64,000 nt of DNA from Actinomycetota bacterium (GCA_005773635.1 SXHN01000079.1:5304-69303), one strand, 5' to 3'; counted from the stretch's first letter, positions 1 to 12,101 are shown. Notes: generated by a model not told the origin, from the sequence alone. Numbers and translations: made by a program.

Positions 1-2
1 GC

Positions 3-293
3 GATGTCGAGCGGCGAGTGGCGGGCCTATTGCATGCGGCGTTTGGTGGCGTCGAGTCCGAAACGATGTTGGTGGCCTTGGACGTGGCTGGCGTATGTGC
101 GGCATCGGGAAGTGCTTGTAGCTCCGGCGCTATTGATCCGTCGCACGTGCTTATCGCGATGGGTATGTCGAGATCGGTGGCTTTGTCGTCGGTTCGTTTT
201 AGTTTGGGTTGGGCATCAACCGATGCTGATATCGACGCAGCAATCCCAATCATCGTGAATACGGTGAATGGGTTGCGATCGAGGGCGGCGTAA
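3..293 (+). CDS. iscS: cysteine desulfurase (class V aminotransferase, IscS/NifS type), C-terminal fragment; 5' end lies outside the window
   Basis: Frame is open to the window start. The tail contains ...VALDVAGVCAASGSACSSG...VRFSLG..., i.e. the active-site Cys loop region of cysteine desulfurases. Stop at 291-293 lies 5 nt before mnmA, the usual pairing. Confidence 0.8.
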   Translation, partial: DVERRVAGLLHAAFGGVESETMLVALDVAGVCAASGSACSSGAIDPSHVLIAMGMSRSVALSSVRFSLGWASTDADIDAAIPIIVNTVNGLRSRAA

Positions 294-297
294 CCCA

Positions 298-1323
298 ATG
301 GCCAAGGTTCTCGTAGCGATGAGTGGTGGTGTGGATTCTTCGGTTGCTGCCGCGCTGATGATTGAAGCCGGCCACGATGTAACTGGCGTGACGTTGAAGC
401 TATGGGGTGGTGAGCAAGATTCTGGATGTTGTTCGGTTTCCGACGTTGAGGACGCGCGACGCGTCGCCGCGCAGCTCGACGTGCCGCATTACGTTTTCAA
501 TTTCCGTGAGGCGTTCGACGAAGAAATTGTTGATCCGTACGTCGCGGCCTATGCCGCCGGTACGACGCCGAACCCATGTATCGAATGCAATCGAACGATG
601 AAATGGGGCCGACTGTTGGAGCGCAGCGATCAACTGGGCTTCGAGTACCTCGTTACTGGACATCATGCTTGCATCGTCGACACGCCTCATGGCCTGCGGC
701 TCGGGCGAGGTGACGATGCTTCGAAAGATCAGTCGTACGTGCTGTACATGCTCAGCGAATCGCAGCTCGCGCGCACGCTGTTGCCAGTTGGTCACATGAC
801 GAAGCCACAGGTGCGAGCGATTGCTACGCGGTTGGGCTTACGCACCGCGTCGAAGGCCGAAAGCATGGACGTATGTTTCATCACCAAAGGCGGACGAGAT
901 GCATTTCTCGCGGCGCGGGTGCCCCGGGCACCGGGCGACATCGTTTCGGTCGATGGCTCCCATCTGGGACAACACCCTGGCGTTGATCGGTTTACAATCG
1001 GGCAACGACGAGGGCTTGGTGTCGCCGTTGGAGATCGTCGCTACGTTGTGGATATCAACGCAGCGGAGCAGGTTGTGACCATCGGCGAACGTCGCGATTT
1101 GCTGCGCGAGTCGGTTGCGCTGCGTGACATGGATTTTGCAACGGGTCGCCCTAATTCCGAGCAGGTGTTGGTGGCACAAACGCGCGCGCACGGACAAGCG
1201 ATGCCGTGTCGACTCGTCGGCGATGAAGTGCTATGGCAAACTCCGCAGCCTCGGGTCGCGCCCGGTCAAGTTGTTGTGTTGTACGACGGTGACGTAGTTG
1301 TCGGTGGTGGGATCACTCGCTAA
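298..1323 (+). CDS. mnmA: tRNA-specific 2-thiouridylase MnmA
   Basis: N-terminal PP-loop VLVAMSGGVDSS, then CCS..D..DA and NPCIECN motifs. ATG at 298 is preceded by GAGGG at 281-285. The track's upstream start at 268 would overlap iscS. Confidence 0.9.
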   Translation: MAKVLVAMSGGVDSSVAAALMIEAGHDVTGVTLKLWGGEQDSGCCSVSDVEDARRVAAQLDVPHYVFNFREAFDEEIVDPYVAAYAAGTTPNPCIECNRTMKWGRLLERSDQLGFEYLVTGHHACIVDTPHGLRLGRGDDASKDQSYVLYMLSESQLARTLLPVGHMTKPQVRAIATRLGLRTASKAESMDVCFITKGGRDAFLAARVPRAPGDIVSVDGSHLGQHPGVDRFTIGQRRGLGVAVGDRRYVVDINAAEQVVTIGERRDLLRESVALRDMDFATGRPNSEQVLVAQTRAHGQAMPCRLVGDEVLWQTPQPRVAPGQVVVLYDGDVVVGGGITR

Positions 1324-1341
1324 CGGGCGGCACCGCTCTCG

Positions 1342-2115
1342 TCACAGAGCGAAACAATTGAGCCAAATGGTTCGTTTTGCTAATGCATCCCGAATTCCGC
1401 TGTACACGGTCCCGTCGAGTGGGAGTGAAACGTGGTCGACGTACTTCAGCCAACATTGTGTCTGGATGGTGACGTTTTTATTGTTGCCGTCGTTGGCCAG
1501 GAAGCCGTTTGTAAACGGAACGATGACGGTGTCGAGCGACGTCACGAAGTTGGTGTACTGCACATTGCCGATCGTGTCGTCGCCAGCGTTGAGGTTGTTG
1601 AGGAATGTCGATCCGATCGACATTTGCTGACATGCGATAACGCCGATGCAATTCCCAAGACCGAGTAGCGAGGCAGCGTTAGCAGCGAGGGTGCCGTAAT
1701 GGACCGCTCCGAGGCTGATCATCGAATCGACTTCGCTCGCACCGCCGAGGTATTTGATGTAATAGCGCGACACCATTCCGCCTTGGGAATGCCCGATGAG
1801 ATCGACTTTCGCGGCACCCGTTTGCGCACGGACCCCGTCAACAAACGCGTTGAGATCGGCGGCTGCTGCGGCCGCGTCGCCGAGGCCTGAGCCAGGTAAC
1901 CCAAAGATGAACGCTTGTCGGCCGTCGGCTTGGAGCCTGGCTGCGAGCGGTGCATAGAAGATGTTGGCCAGCGGTTGTCCGGCAAACGTGCCGGCAACGA
2001 TCACGACCGGATCGCCTGCGTACGCGTCAGCTCGATCTGCGTGTGAACCGATGGCAACGCTGCCCATCAGCGCGGTCGCGACCGTCGCAATGCACAATTT
2101 CCGACTGAACCTCAT
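1342..2115 (-). CDS. secreted alpha/beta-hydrolase, lipase class 2-like
   Basis: Signal-peptide-like N-terminus (MRFSRKLCIATVATALMGSVAIGSHA) if started at 2115. Nucleophile elbow GHSQGG in the context DLIGHSQGGMVSRYYIKYLGG. The longest ORF starts at 2157. Confidence 0.7.
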   Translation of the reverse strand: MRFSRKLCIATVATALMGSVAIGSHADRADAYAGDPVVIVAGTFAGQPLANIFYAPLAARLQADGRQAFIFGLPGSGLGDAAAAAADLNAFVDGVRAQTGAAKVDLIGHSQGGMVSRYYIKYLGGASEVDSMISLGAVHYGTLAANAASLLGLGNCIGVIACQQMSIGSTFLNNLNAGDDTIGNVQYTNFVTSLDTVIVPFTNGFLANDGNNKNVTIQTQCWLKYVDHVSLPLDGTVYSGIRDALAKRTIWLNCFAL

Positions 2116-2191
2116 ACGGCCCCTTACCTCGAAAATGTCAGGAAATGAACGTACCACTTCAGGTCGCGAACTTGTTGCGATGGTGTGGCAA

Positions 2192-3052
2192 TTAGTGCTT
2201 GGCGGCTGGCGGCGCGGCCATCGCGAGGAAGTCTCGTGGGCGAAGTGGCGTGAACATCACCACAATGGCCTCGCGCATACTCAACGATTTTCGGCCGTCG
2301 CGCACTGCGAATACTCCGGGTTCGGTGAGGTGGATCGCGATGCATCCGACGAGTGCTCCGCCGCGGGTATCGAGAGTGGTGTGCGGATCGGGTTGCGCGT
2401 CACCATCGAACGGAGCAAAACCATGGATGTGGTGGCTGTCGAGCAACACCGGATCGGGGAGCAGCATCGACTCAGAAATAACCAGCCCTGCAGGCACAAA
2501 TACGTAGAAGCGTCGCGACAGGGAATGTACGGATCGCATCAACAGTGCTGCGATCGGGAGTCCCATTACGACGGCAAACGCTCCCGCAATTTCGTGTTCG
2601 CTTGCTATGAGTAAAGGACCGAGGGTAAGGCCTCCGACGATCAATGCGGCGGAAACGGCGGTCATCGCGCAGAGCAACGGAGGTGTTCGCAATGGGCGAC
2701 GAATTTCACTTCCGTACGCTTCGGCCTGAGCGCTCGCGTCGGCCACCGGCGCGCTGAGCGTGAACACTGTGGTGAACGTCGCGTGTATTGCTGCGATAGC
2801 GATCGCGATCGAGGATGTGGCAAATGCACTGACAACAACGGCGACAATCGGCAACGCTCCGACGATTCGCAATGCGGTAAATGCCTTCGCGCTCGGTAGT
2901 AACAACGCGACGAGACCAATCAGCCATGCGGCATAGGCCATGACGGCGAATGTGATCGAAGGCGCGCGATCCCAATGTTTTGTGGCGTCATCGAGCGCCC
3001 ATCCGACGGAGGCGGGTAGGCAAAACCACAGTGCTCGTGTAATCCAGAGCAA
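2192..3052 (-). CDS. hypothetical polytopic membrane protein with a soluble C-terminal domain
   Basis: About 5-6 hydrophobic segments in the first ~190 aa, followed by a ~95 aa non-hydrophobic tail. No family recognised. Confidence 0.5.
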   Translation of the reverse strand: MLWITRALWFCLPASVGWALDDATKHWDRAPSITFAVMAYAAWLIGLVALLLPSAKAFTALRIVGALPIVAVVVSAFATSSIAIAIAAIHATFTTVFTLSAPVADASAQAEAYGSEIRRPLRTPPLLCAMTAVSAALIVGGLTLGPLLIASEHEIAGAFAVVMGLPIAALLMRSVHSLSRRFYVFVPAGLVISESMLLPDPVLLDSHHIHGFAPFDGDAQPDPHTTLDTRGGALVGCIAIHLTEPGVFAVRDGRKSLSMREAIVVMFTPLRPRDFLAMAAPPAAKH

Positions 3053-3106
3053 TGAACCACCGTTGTTCGAAGGATTGGTGCGGGCGTTCGTATACTACGA
3101 AGTCTC

Positions 3107-4111
3107 ATGACTCGGGCTCTGCTGCACGGGGGAATAGCAACTGCCATTGGCAGTCTTCCTCATCCTGACGCGCCGGATGCCGCGGCGTTGATGTTTCGCA
3201 CAATGCCAGACCTTCCTGCTGCACCATCGTTGCCATGCCGGAGCCCGCACGAGGGGATGTTGGCGCAGTGGCTGCGAGCGTTGCCGGAGGTTGCAGTCGG
3301 GCCTGACGGAGCACTGTCTCTTGTGCCCGGCGTGTTTGATGCAAGCGCGGTAAGTGTCGCGTTTGATTCTGCCGCGCACGGCGGATTGTTAGAATTCCTC
3401 GACCTTGCAGTTGCACTGCCAGTGCCGCCGAAAGCGATCAAATTGCAGTTGAGTGGCCCGCTTACGTTGGCGCTAGCGCTGATTGATCTTGGCGTGCAAC
3501 CCGAAGTTGCGTTTGCTCGTGCGAGTCGCTGCGCAAGCGCCTGGGCCCAGGCACTCGTCGATCTCGTCAAGGCACGGCTTCCAGAATCTGAAGTCGTGAT
3601 GTTTTTTGATGAACCAGGCTTGGTGCATTGGACCGCCGATAGCCCAGTGATGGACGTTGAAAGTGCGAGTGACTATTTGTCGAATGCGCTGGCCGCTCCT
3701 GAATGCGTTGTCGGCGTACATGTGTGTGGAGCCGGTGCACTTGATATCGCGCTGGCGGCCGGCCCCGATGTAATCGGAATTGACGTGCATGCACGTTGGC
3801 TTGACCACGCAGTCGGCCTTGCACGTTTCCTCGATGGCGGCGGCTTCATTGCCTGGGGAGCAGTGCCAACTGATCGACCGATCGGTGAGCTTGCCGCGCC
3901 GTTGTGGAACGATCTCGTCGCGCTGTGGTGCGACCTCACGCAACGCGGCTGCGACCCGGTCCTGTTGCGCCGTCAGGCGATGGTGACGCCCGCGTGCGGT
4001 TTGGCATTGCATGGCCCGTCGCAAGCCGAACGTGCCCTGCGCTTGACGCGTGAACTCGCAGATCGCGTGTTTGACCAGGCGCTGGGAACTCGTCTGAGCA
4101 TCGGCGCTTGA
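3107..4111 (+). CDS. MetE/UROD-like (cobalamin-independent methionine synthase-like) family protein, function unknown
   Basis: 334 aa with N-terminal ...ATAIGSLPHPD..., an internal VHVCG motif and C-terminal ...TPACGL.... This recalls the MetE-like TIM-barrel proteins found next to ligA in mycobacteria. Family assignment is from memory only. Confidence 0.5.
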   Translation: MTRALLHGGIATAIGSLPHPDAPDAAALMFRTMPDLPAAPSLPCRSPHEGMLAQWLRALPEVAVGPDGALSLVPGVFDASAVSVAFDSAAHGGLLEFLDLAVALPVPPKAIKLQLSGPLTLALALIDLGVQPEVAFARASRCASAWAQALVDLVKARLPESEVVMFFDEPGLVHWTADSPVMDVESASDYLSNALAAPECVVGVHVCGAGALDIALAAGPDVIGIDVHARWLDHAVGLARFLDGGGFIAWGAVPTDRPIGELAAPLWNDLVALWCDLTQRGCDPVLLRRQAMVTPACGLALHGPSQAERALRLTRELADRVFDQALGTRLSIGA

Positions 4112-4134
4112 TGGCGAATTTCTGTTCGGCGTGA

Positions 4135-6192
<2,058 letters not shown>

Positions 6193-6213
6193 CACGGTGG
6201 AGCGCTCATTGGA

Positions 6214-6651
6214 TTAGGCGCTTTTGAATGTCCATGTAAATGTTCGTTCGTTGTCTCCACCCGAACCTTCTTGTTTCGGCCAGTATCGCAATGTGATTCT
6301 GTGTGGACCGGGTTCGAGTTCTGCGAAGGTCTTGTTGATTCCTGGCTTCCAAAAAATGCGACCGATGTCGAGTCCTTGCACTTCGTATTCGTCGAGTGGC
6401 AGCGGTATGTCGTCGAGCACGAGTTCGCCGGTCATCTCCGGATCCAATTTCACGCCAATTTGTTCCTGCGCGCGAATGACAAGGTCGCGGGGGGGGAAAA
6501 GTTCGAGGATGCCGGGAGGAAGGTCGGCTGTGGCTGTGTCGTTCTTGGTGCTTAACACCGCGAATATGCCAACGAGCAGTGCGGTGCACACACCGACCAC
6601 AATGATGAAGGTCCGTTTCGGGTCGTAAGGCACCGGGATGTGATCGGTCAT
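6214..6651 (-). CDS. hypothetical single-pass membrane-anchored protein
   Basis: Trimmed to the internal Met (MTDHIPVPYDPKRTFIIVVGVCTALLVGIFAVL...), which gives an N-terminal TM anchor plus a ~110 aa beta-rich ectodomain. The longer track ORF (to 6846) would overlap the divergent kinase start. No family recognised. Confidence 0.45.
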   Translation of the reverse strand: MTDHIPVPYDPKRTFIIVVGVCTALLVGIFAVLSTKNDTATADLPPGILELFPPRDLVIRAQEQIGVKLDPEMTGELVLDDIPLPLDEYEVQGLDIGRIFWKPGINKTFAELEPGPHRITLRYWPKQEGSGGDNERTFTWTFKSA

Positions 6652-6733
6652 TGATGCAAACCGTACTGCGGCCACATTCAAGGCCTGCAATGAAGCCAAA
6701 CCTGAAAAGAATGAACGATATCCTTGCTGTCCG

Positions 6734-8818
6734 ATGGTCACCTCTGGAAACGCCGATCTCATCGGTCGGGTGTTATACGGGCGATACCGCCTCCTCGAAC
6801 TCGTCGGACGTGGGGCGAGTGGGCAGGTGTTCGCGGCGCAAGACACGCAACTTCAGCGCCAAGTTGCCGTCAAGATTCTGCATCAGGCGTTGGCGAACGA
6901 CGCGGGGTTCCTGAGACGATTTCAAATCGAAGCCCAAGTCGCCGCGAGCCTCAGCCATCCGAACATCATGGTTGTGCATGATTCGGGCACCGACGACGGG
7001 TTGCCGTTCATGGTGATGGAGCTGCTGGGTGGGGGCAGCCTGCGGGCGATGATCGACGAGGGCCATCTGCTCACGGCATCGCAGGCGGCGTATCTCGGAC
7101 GAGACATTGCTCAGGCGCTTGCCTACGCGCATAAGCGCGGGATCATTCATCGCGACATTAAGCCGGCGAACCTGTTGTTTGACCACAATGGAGTGGTCAA
7201 AATCGCGGACTTCGGTGTTGCTCGAGCGCTCGCCGAAGCTAGCTGGACTGAGCCGATGGGCGCAATGATCGGCACCGCGCGATACGCGTCGCCGGAACAA
7301 GCCCTAGGTGTGCAACTCGATGGGCGCAGCGATCTGTATTCGCTCGCGTTGGTGTTGGTTGAAGCTACGTCTGGCGAGTTGCCGTTCGATGCCGAGACAC
7401 CATTGAGCATGTTGAATGTGCGCACGCAAGAACCGATCGTCGCGGACCCGAGTCTTGGCCCGCTGCGGGCTGTACTCGAACGATGTGGGCAGGTCCAGCG
7501 CGACGATCGATATCCCGATGCTCGCACGGTGGTGAGTGCGCTCGACGATGTTGTGTTTTCATTGGCTCCCCCGACCCCGTTGGCGCTCGTCGGTCATAAT
7601 GGTGATGGGGCAATCGACCCGACCACTGCGTTCGAAATCGCGACTGCCGAAGTCGTTTCTGGGCCGCGAGTAATTGCAGCTGATACTGATGCAGCGCCGA
7701 TTGCAGTTACAGGATCGTCGCGCCGCGACAGCGACGCTGCCGTCGAGCGGGCACCGGACGCGTTCGACCGCGCGACGCCGCTATCAGCGATGCCGTTTGA
7801 TCAGGATGCATCGGCTGAATCCGCTGCCGTGCCATTACTTGGTGCAGCCCACGGCGCGCTCAACCCGGGCGCAACGTCCCAGCCGATATCCCAGTCCAAC
7901 GGTTCGCAACGCGTCGCGCGATCGTTGTCGCAGCGTCTGGTTCCGATTGCGGTCGTGTTTGCAGTGGTAGCGGCACTCGCAGGTTCCGTCGCCGCGGTGG
8001 CGGGCCTGGGAGGTAAACCGGCCAAATTTGTGCCGACAGTGATAGGGCTCGATAGCGACGCCGCGAAATCCCGGCTTGAAAGCGCGGATTTTGGCGTACG
8101 AATTGTTGAGCGCACGGCCGAAGAGCCCCGAGGAAGCGTGCTGCAACAACGGCCTGCACCGGGCACAGCGTTGCGCGCCGATGCCGATGTCGAGATTGTC
8201 GTTTCGACGGGTTTGGAAATGGTCAAAGTCCCGAAGCTCATCGGCATGTCCAAGAGTCAGGCGATCAAAGCGCTCACTGATCGAGGGCTTATCGCTCGTT
8301 CGACCACAGACTACGACGATGCGCATCCGGAAACCCTCGACACCGTGTTTCGCTCCGAGCCCGCAGCAAGCAAGCTCGTGGAGGTGGATTCGACGGTGGA
8401 ATTCGTCGTCAGTCTTGGCCACAGCAAGGTTGCTGTACCCCGAGTCGTCGGGTTACCTGTTGGTGAGGCGACTGATGCGTTGACGAAACTGGGCTTCAAA
8501 GTGAAGCGATCATCGAACGACATCTTCAGCGAGACGATCGAAGTGGGCGAGGTGGTTGAAGTATCGGTACCGGAAGGTTCGAAACAAGCGTGGAAGAGCA
8601 CCGTGACGCTGACTGTGTCCAAGGGCCCTGAGCGAGTTGAAATGCCAAATGTCGTCGGCTTGGATGCTGCCGATGCATGCACCTTGATTCGAAATCGTGG
8701 TCTGGAATGTGCGAGCCCCTTGTTGGGGCCACAGATCACTGGCGTCGTGAACGCTGCGGATTTCCCTGCTGGAGAGCTTTTGAAGGTGGGTACCGAAATC
8801 CAGCTTACCGTCGACTGA
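6734..8818 (+). CDS. pknB: Ser/Thr protein kinase with four C-terminal PASTA domains (PknB-type)
   Basis: Hanks kinase motifs GRGASGQV, VAVK, HRDIKPANLL, DFG and SPEQ. A single TM (LVPIAVVFAVVAALAGSVAAVAGL) is followed by four ~65 aa repeats with the PASTA pattern (V/MP.v.G........L...gf). Confidence 0.9.
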   Translation: MVTSGNADLIGRVLYGRYRLLELVGRGASGQVFAAQDTQLQRQVAVKILHQALANDAGFLRRFQIEAQVAASLSHPNIMVVHDSGTDDGLPFMVMELLGGGSLRAMIDEGHLLTASQAAYLGRDIAQALAYAHKRGIIHRDIKPANLLFDHNGVVKIADFGVARALAEASWTEPMGAMIGTARYASPEQALGVQLDGRSDLYSLALVLVEATSGELPFDAETPLSMLNVRTQEPIVADPSLGPLRAVLERCGQVQRDDRYPDARTVVSALDDVVFSLAPPTPLALVGHNGDGAIDPTTAFEIATAEVVSGPRVIAADTDAAPIAVTGSSRRDSDAAVERAPDAFDRATPLSAMPFDQDASAESAAVPLLGAAHGALNPGATSQPISQSNGSQRVARSLSQRLVPIAVVFAVVAALAGSVAAVAGLGGKPAKFVPTVIGLDSDAAKSRLESADFGVRIVERTAEEPRGSVLQQRPAPGTALRADADVEIVVSTGLEMVKVPKLIGMSKSQAIKALTDRGLIARSTTDYDDAHPETLDTVFRSEPAASKLVEVDSTVEFVVSLGHSKVAVPRVVGLPVGEATDALTKLGFKVKRSSNDIFSETIEVGEVVEVSVPEGSKQAWKSTVTLTVSKGPERVEMPNVVGLDAADACTLIRNRGLECASPLLGPQITGVVNAADFPAGELLKVGTEIQLTVD

Positions 8819-8884
8819 TCGTTGTCAACCTGCGCGCCGTAGCATCACGGCGAATCTGAATTTGCTTGAGTATGGAGGTCAGCT

Positions 8885-9781
8885 ATGGGTGCACTCGAAG
8901 GAAAAGTTGCGATTATCACCGGTGCAGGTGGAGGGTTGGGCCGCGAACACGCGTTGCTATTTGCGGCAGAAGGTGCGCGCATCGTTGTGAATGACCTTGG
9001 GGGCGACAGCCACGGCACTGGTGGTGGCAGCACGACGCCCGCACAAGAAACCGTTGCCATGATTCACGAAATGGGCGGTGAAGCCGTTGTCAATGGTGCG
9101 AACGTCGCCGATTGGGATGGCGCCGCAGCAATGATCCAACAGGCAGTCGACACGTATGGCGACCTTCACGTGTTGGTCAACAACGCTGGCATTTTGCGTG
9201 ACGGTGTCATTTTTAAGATGACCGAAGCTGAGTGGGACGCGGTCATCGCGGTGCATTTGAAGGGTCATTTTGCGCCGACTCGACACGCGGCTGTGTATTG
9301 GCGGGATCAGTCGAAGAAATCTGAAGAAGCCGGTGTCGCAACGGCCGCTCGGTCCATCATTCATACCTCATCGACTTCGGGTGTGTTTTCAAATCCGGGG
9401 CAAGCAAACTACGGCGCCGCGAAGTCTGGCATCGCGACGCTGAGCCAAATCTGCGCCAAAGAACTCAAGCGCTACAACGTGCGTTCTAACGCGATTTGTC
9501 CAGGCGCCCGCACGCGCTTGACGTTAGAGACTCCGGGCCTGGGCAACATGGTTGCGGCTCCTGAAGAAGGTTTCGATAAGTGGGATCCCGCGAATGTTTC
9601 GCCGTTTGTTGCGTACCTTGCGAGCGACCTTTGCGAACTCACAGGTGAGACGTTCTTTGTGCAGGGTGGCACGGTGAGTCGGATTCAGTCATGGAAATCA
9701 GCTGAGACGCTCGACCAAGATGATCGCTGGACCGTTGCCGAACTCGCGGCTAACGCGGCAAAGTTCTCGCGAAGCGCGTGA
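8885..9781 (+). CDS. SDR family oxidoreductase
   Basis: TGAGGGLG cofactor motif, NNAG, and catalytic S...YgAAK (NYGAAKSG). Strong RBS GGAGG 6 nt upstream of the ATG. Confidence 0.85.
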   Translation: MGALEGKVAIITGAGGGLGREHALLFAAEGARIVVNDLGGDSHGTGGGSTTPAQETVAMIHEMGGEAVVNGANVADWDGAAAMIQQAVDTYGDLHVLVNNAGILRDGVIFKMTEAEWDAVIAVHLKGHFAPTRHAAVYWRDQSKKSEEAGVATAARSIIHTSSTSGVFSNPGQANYGAAKSGIATLSQICAKELKRYNVRSNAICPGARTRLTLETPGLGNMVAAPEEGFDKWDPANVSPFVAYLASDLCELTGETFFVQGGTVSRIQSWKSAETLDQDDRWTVAELAANAAKFSRSA

Positions 9782-10119
9782 CCGGCGCGCCGGTCGGCGC
9801 GGTAAATATACGTTTTGTCGGAATTGGTGCGGCGGAATGAGACCCACGACCTATTGCCACGCAGCGTGGTTGCGCCGACGATCTCGGGCATGCGCCGCAT
9901 GCCTCACGGAGGAACCTCGCACCCGCAGATCTCACGACCCGGCAACGGATATGGTCGGGCCTTGCGGCCCGGGCCAAGCCGGCGCCTTTCACCCTTACGG
10001 CTGGACGTCGCGTCGGTCGAACGAGTCGTTGCGCTGTGGGCCGCCGATGTGGATCTCTCGGCAGCGGAACGGTCCTGCGAGCCGTCGTAAACCCTTGATG
10101 TCTGTACCGTCTGCTCACG

Positions 10120-11616
10120 ATGAGTGACAAGACGGAACGGTCCTCGGACCTCAGTGGCAAAGACGCCTGGCCGGGGGAGTATTCCGGAACTGAAGAAGTG
10201 CCGATGGTCGACTGGCCGAGGCTGTTTCGAGACCGGATCGCACGTCGAGCGCAACAATCCGATCGGTACCGCTGGATCGCGCTGAGCACGGTGCTGGTGG
10301 GGCTGTTCTCAAGCGGCATCACGATCACAATCCTGGGAAATTCGCTGCCGGTGATTGCCAAAGACATCGGTACGACGCCGTCGATTGCCACTTGGATCTT
10401 GACCGGACAACTGCTGACATTTGCAGTGCTCATGCCATTGATGGGCAAACTCGGCGATACGCATGGCCACCGCAAGGTGTACTTGATCGGATTCGCGGTC
10501 TTTGTTGCGATGTCCATACCCACAGCGCTGGCTCCGAATATTGGTTGGCTGATGGTGTTTCGTGTTTTGGGGGCCGCAGGCGGGGCGGCGACAAGCCCAA
10601 CATCGATGGCGATTGTGATGCACGCGTTCCCCGAAGAAGATCGGGTGAAGGCGCTCGGATGGTGGCAGCTAGTTGGTGCCGGTGCTCCGGTAATCGGACT
10701 GGCGGCGGGAGGACCGATTGTCGAATCAATCGGGTGGCGCTGGATATTTGTAGGCCAAGGCGCAATCAGCATTTTGGCGTTGCTCGGCGCAGCGGCGATA
10801 TTGCGCGAAACTCCGGCTCGATCATCTGGTCGTTTCGACGTGGCGGGTTCGGCGACACTCGCCACTGGTGTTGTGAGTTTGTTGCTTGGCATGCAACTTC
10901 TGCAACAGTTCGGAATCACTGCGTTGAGCCTCGCGTTGCTCGTGCTGGCGCCAATCGTGCTCTACGGCTTTGTGCAGATCGAAGCGCGCGCGGTTGCACC
11001 GTTATTACCGCTGCGTTTCTTTCGAGCTCGCAACTTTACGGCGTCGCTGATCGCGCAGTTTGGCGCGAACTTCGCGTATATGGGCAGCTTCATCATTACG
11101 CCGCTGCTCGTACAGCAACGGTTCGGATATTCACAGAGCGCGAGCGCGGCGGCGATGGCGCTGAGACCGCTGACGTTCAGCCTCGTTGCGCCATTCGCCG
11201 GCTATATCGCGGTGAAGCGTGGGGATCGATTGATGAGTACTTTCGGCACCACCTGTATTGCGCTCGGAATGCTGGCGTTTGCCGTGGCCGCGCAACAGGA
11301 CTTGATTGCGTTTGTGTTTGTCGGCCTGATTGGTGCAGGCATCGGAATGGGCATCGCGTCACCGAGCATGATTTCGGCGGTCGGTAACACGGTGGAAGCA
11401 AACGAACTTGGAGTCGCCAACGCGGCGCAGTCGATGATGGGGCAACTTGGTGTTGTCGTGGGGATGGGTGTTCTATCGACGGTCCAGTCGACGGGCACCG
11501 GTGGTGGACCATTCGCGGTGGCCTATTGCTGCGGGTTGGCGTTGGCGCTGGTTGCAATCGTGGCGTCATCTGTCATTCGCAACACCTTGGTGTCAACTCG
11601 AGTTGACACGCAATAA
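10120..11616 (+). CDS. MFS transporter, DHA2 (14-TMS, EmrB/QacA-like) type
   Basis: 498 aa with ~14 hydrophobic segments and the MFS motif-A-like sequence GKLGDTHGHRKV after TM2. The ~50 aa hydrophilic N-terminus leaves the start uncertain (alternative Met at 10204). Confidence 0.8.
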   Translation: MSDKTERSSDLSGKDAWPGEYSGTEEVPMVDWPRLFRDRIARRAQQSDRYRWIALSTVLVGLFSSGITITILGNSLPVIAKDIGTTPSIATWILTGQLLTFAVLMPLMGKLGDTHGHRKVYLIGFAVFVAMSIPTALAPNIGWLMVFRVLGAAGGAATSPTSMAIVMHAFPEEDRVKALGWWQLVGAGAPVIGLAAGGPIVESIGWRWIFVGQGAISILALLGAAAILRETPARSSGRFDVAGSATLATGVVSLLLGMQLLQQFGITALSLALLVLAPIVLYGFVQIEARAVAPLLPLRFFRARNFTASLIAQFGANFAYMGSFIITPLLVQQRFGYSQSASAAAMALRPLTFSLVAPFAGYIAVKRGDRLMSTFGTTCIALGMLAFAVAAQQDLIAFVFVGLIGAGIGMGIASPSMISAVGNTVEANELGVANAAQSMMGQLGVVVGMGVLSTVQSTGTGGGPFAVAYCCGLALALVAIVASSVIRNTLVSTRVDTQ

Positions 11617-11652
11617 CAGTGGCGCGGAACAGAGCCCGCGCCACTGTTATTG
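11590..11652. terminator. two consecutive perfect hairpins at the convergent MFS/SCP2 junction (putative bidirectional terminator)
   Basis: A 20-nt perfect palindrome lies at 11590-11609 (GTGTCAACTC|GAGTTGACAC). A 17-bp perfect stem pairs 11611-11627 with 11636-11652 around an 8-nt loop and overlaps the MFS TAA stop. No clear U-tract. Confidence 0.5.
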
Positions 11653-11693
11653 CTCAGATTGTGGGACCGCCGCAGCGTCGTGTTGCGGCTGCC

Positions 11694-12101
11694 CTATTCG
11701 GTAATGCCCTGGATAGCCGCTTGGAGGTCGGGGCTTGCGCCACCGCCGCCTTGCTGTTGCATCATCAGCTTGGTCATGTCGCCTTGCACTTTGACCTTGC
11801 CCGACATGAACGCTTGCATTCCCGCCTGTTGGTCGCCGGAGATGAAGACGGCCTTCGCGGTTGCGTAGTCGGTGGTTAATGTGACGTCGCCGGGTTCTTT
11901 GTGCCCGCCACCCATCAGTGCAACACCGTCGATGCTGCCCATGTGAAACTGTTTGTCAGCACCGAATGGCGTGTCGGTGACATTGAGGTTGACAACGAGA
12001 TCTGCAGTCGTCGCCGCGGCTGCATCGGCGGCAGTTCCCGCCACGATGGCTTCAACGGCAACGATCCACTCGTCGGTGAGGAACGCGAATTTTTCAGACA
12101 T
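11694..12101 (-). CDS. SCP2 sterol-binding domain protein
   Basis: 135 aa with the C-terminal SCP2 pattern ...A.aVF.G...a..AFMsGKvKv.GDm.kl. RBS AGGAGG upstream of the ATG. Confidence 0.8.
   Translation of the reverse strand: MSEKFAFLTDEWIVAVEAIVAGTAADAAAATTADLVVNLNVTDTPFGADKQFHMGSIDGVALMGGGHKEPGDVTLTTDYATAKAVFISGDQQAGMQAFMSGKVKVQGDMTKLMMQQQGGGGASPDLQAAIQGITE

Noticed and set aside
6489-6496. G8 homopolymer (C8 on the coding strand, encoding FPPR) inside the hypothetical membrane-anchored gene
   Set aside because: It could in principle be a slippage or phase-variation tract or an error hotspot. A single 8-mer in GC-rich DNA, with no evidence of variants, is too weak to call.
9750-10919. 389 aa minus-strand ORF opposite the MFS transporter
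   Set aside because: It is Arg/Pro/Ser/Ala-rich with no motifs. It lies antisense to a gene with clear TM periodicity and MFS motifs, so it is a typical GC-rich shadow ORF.
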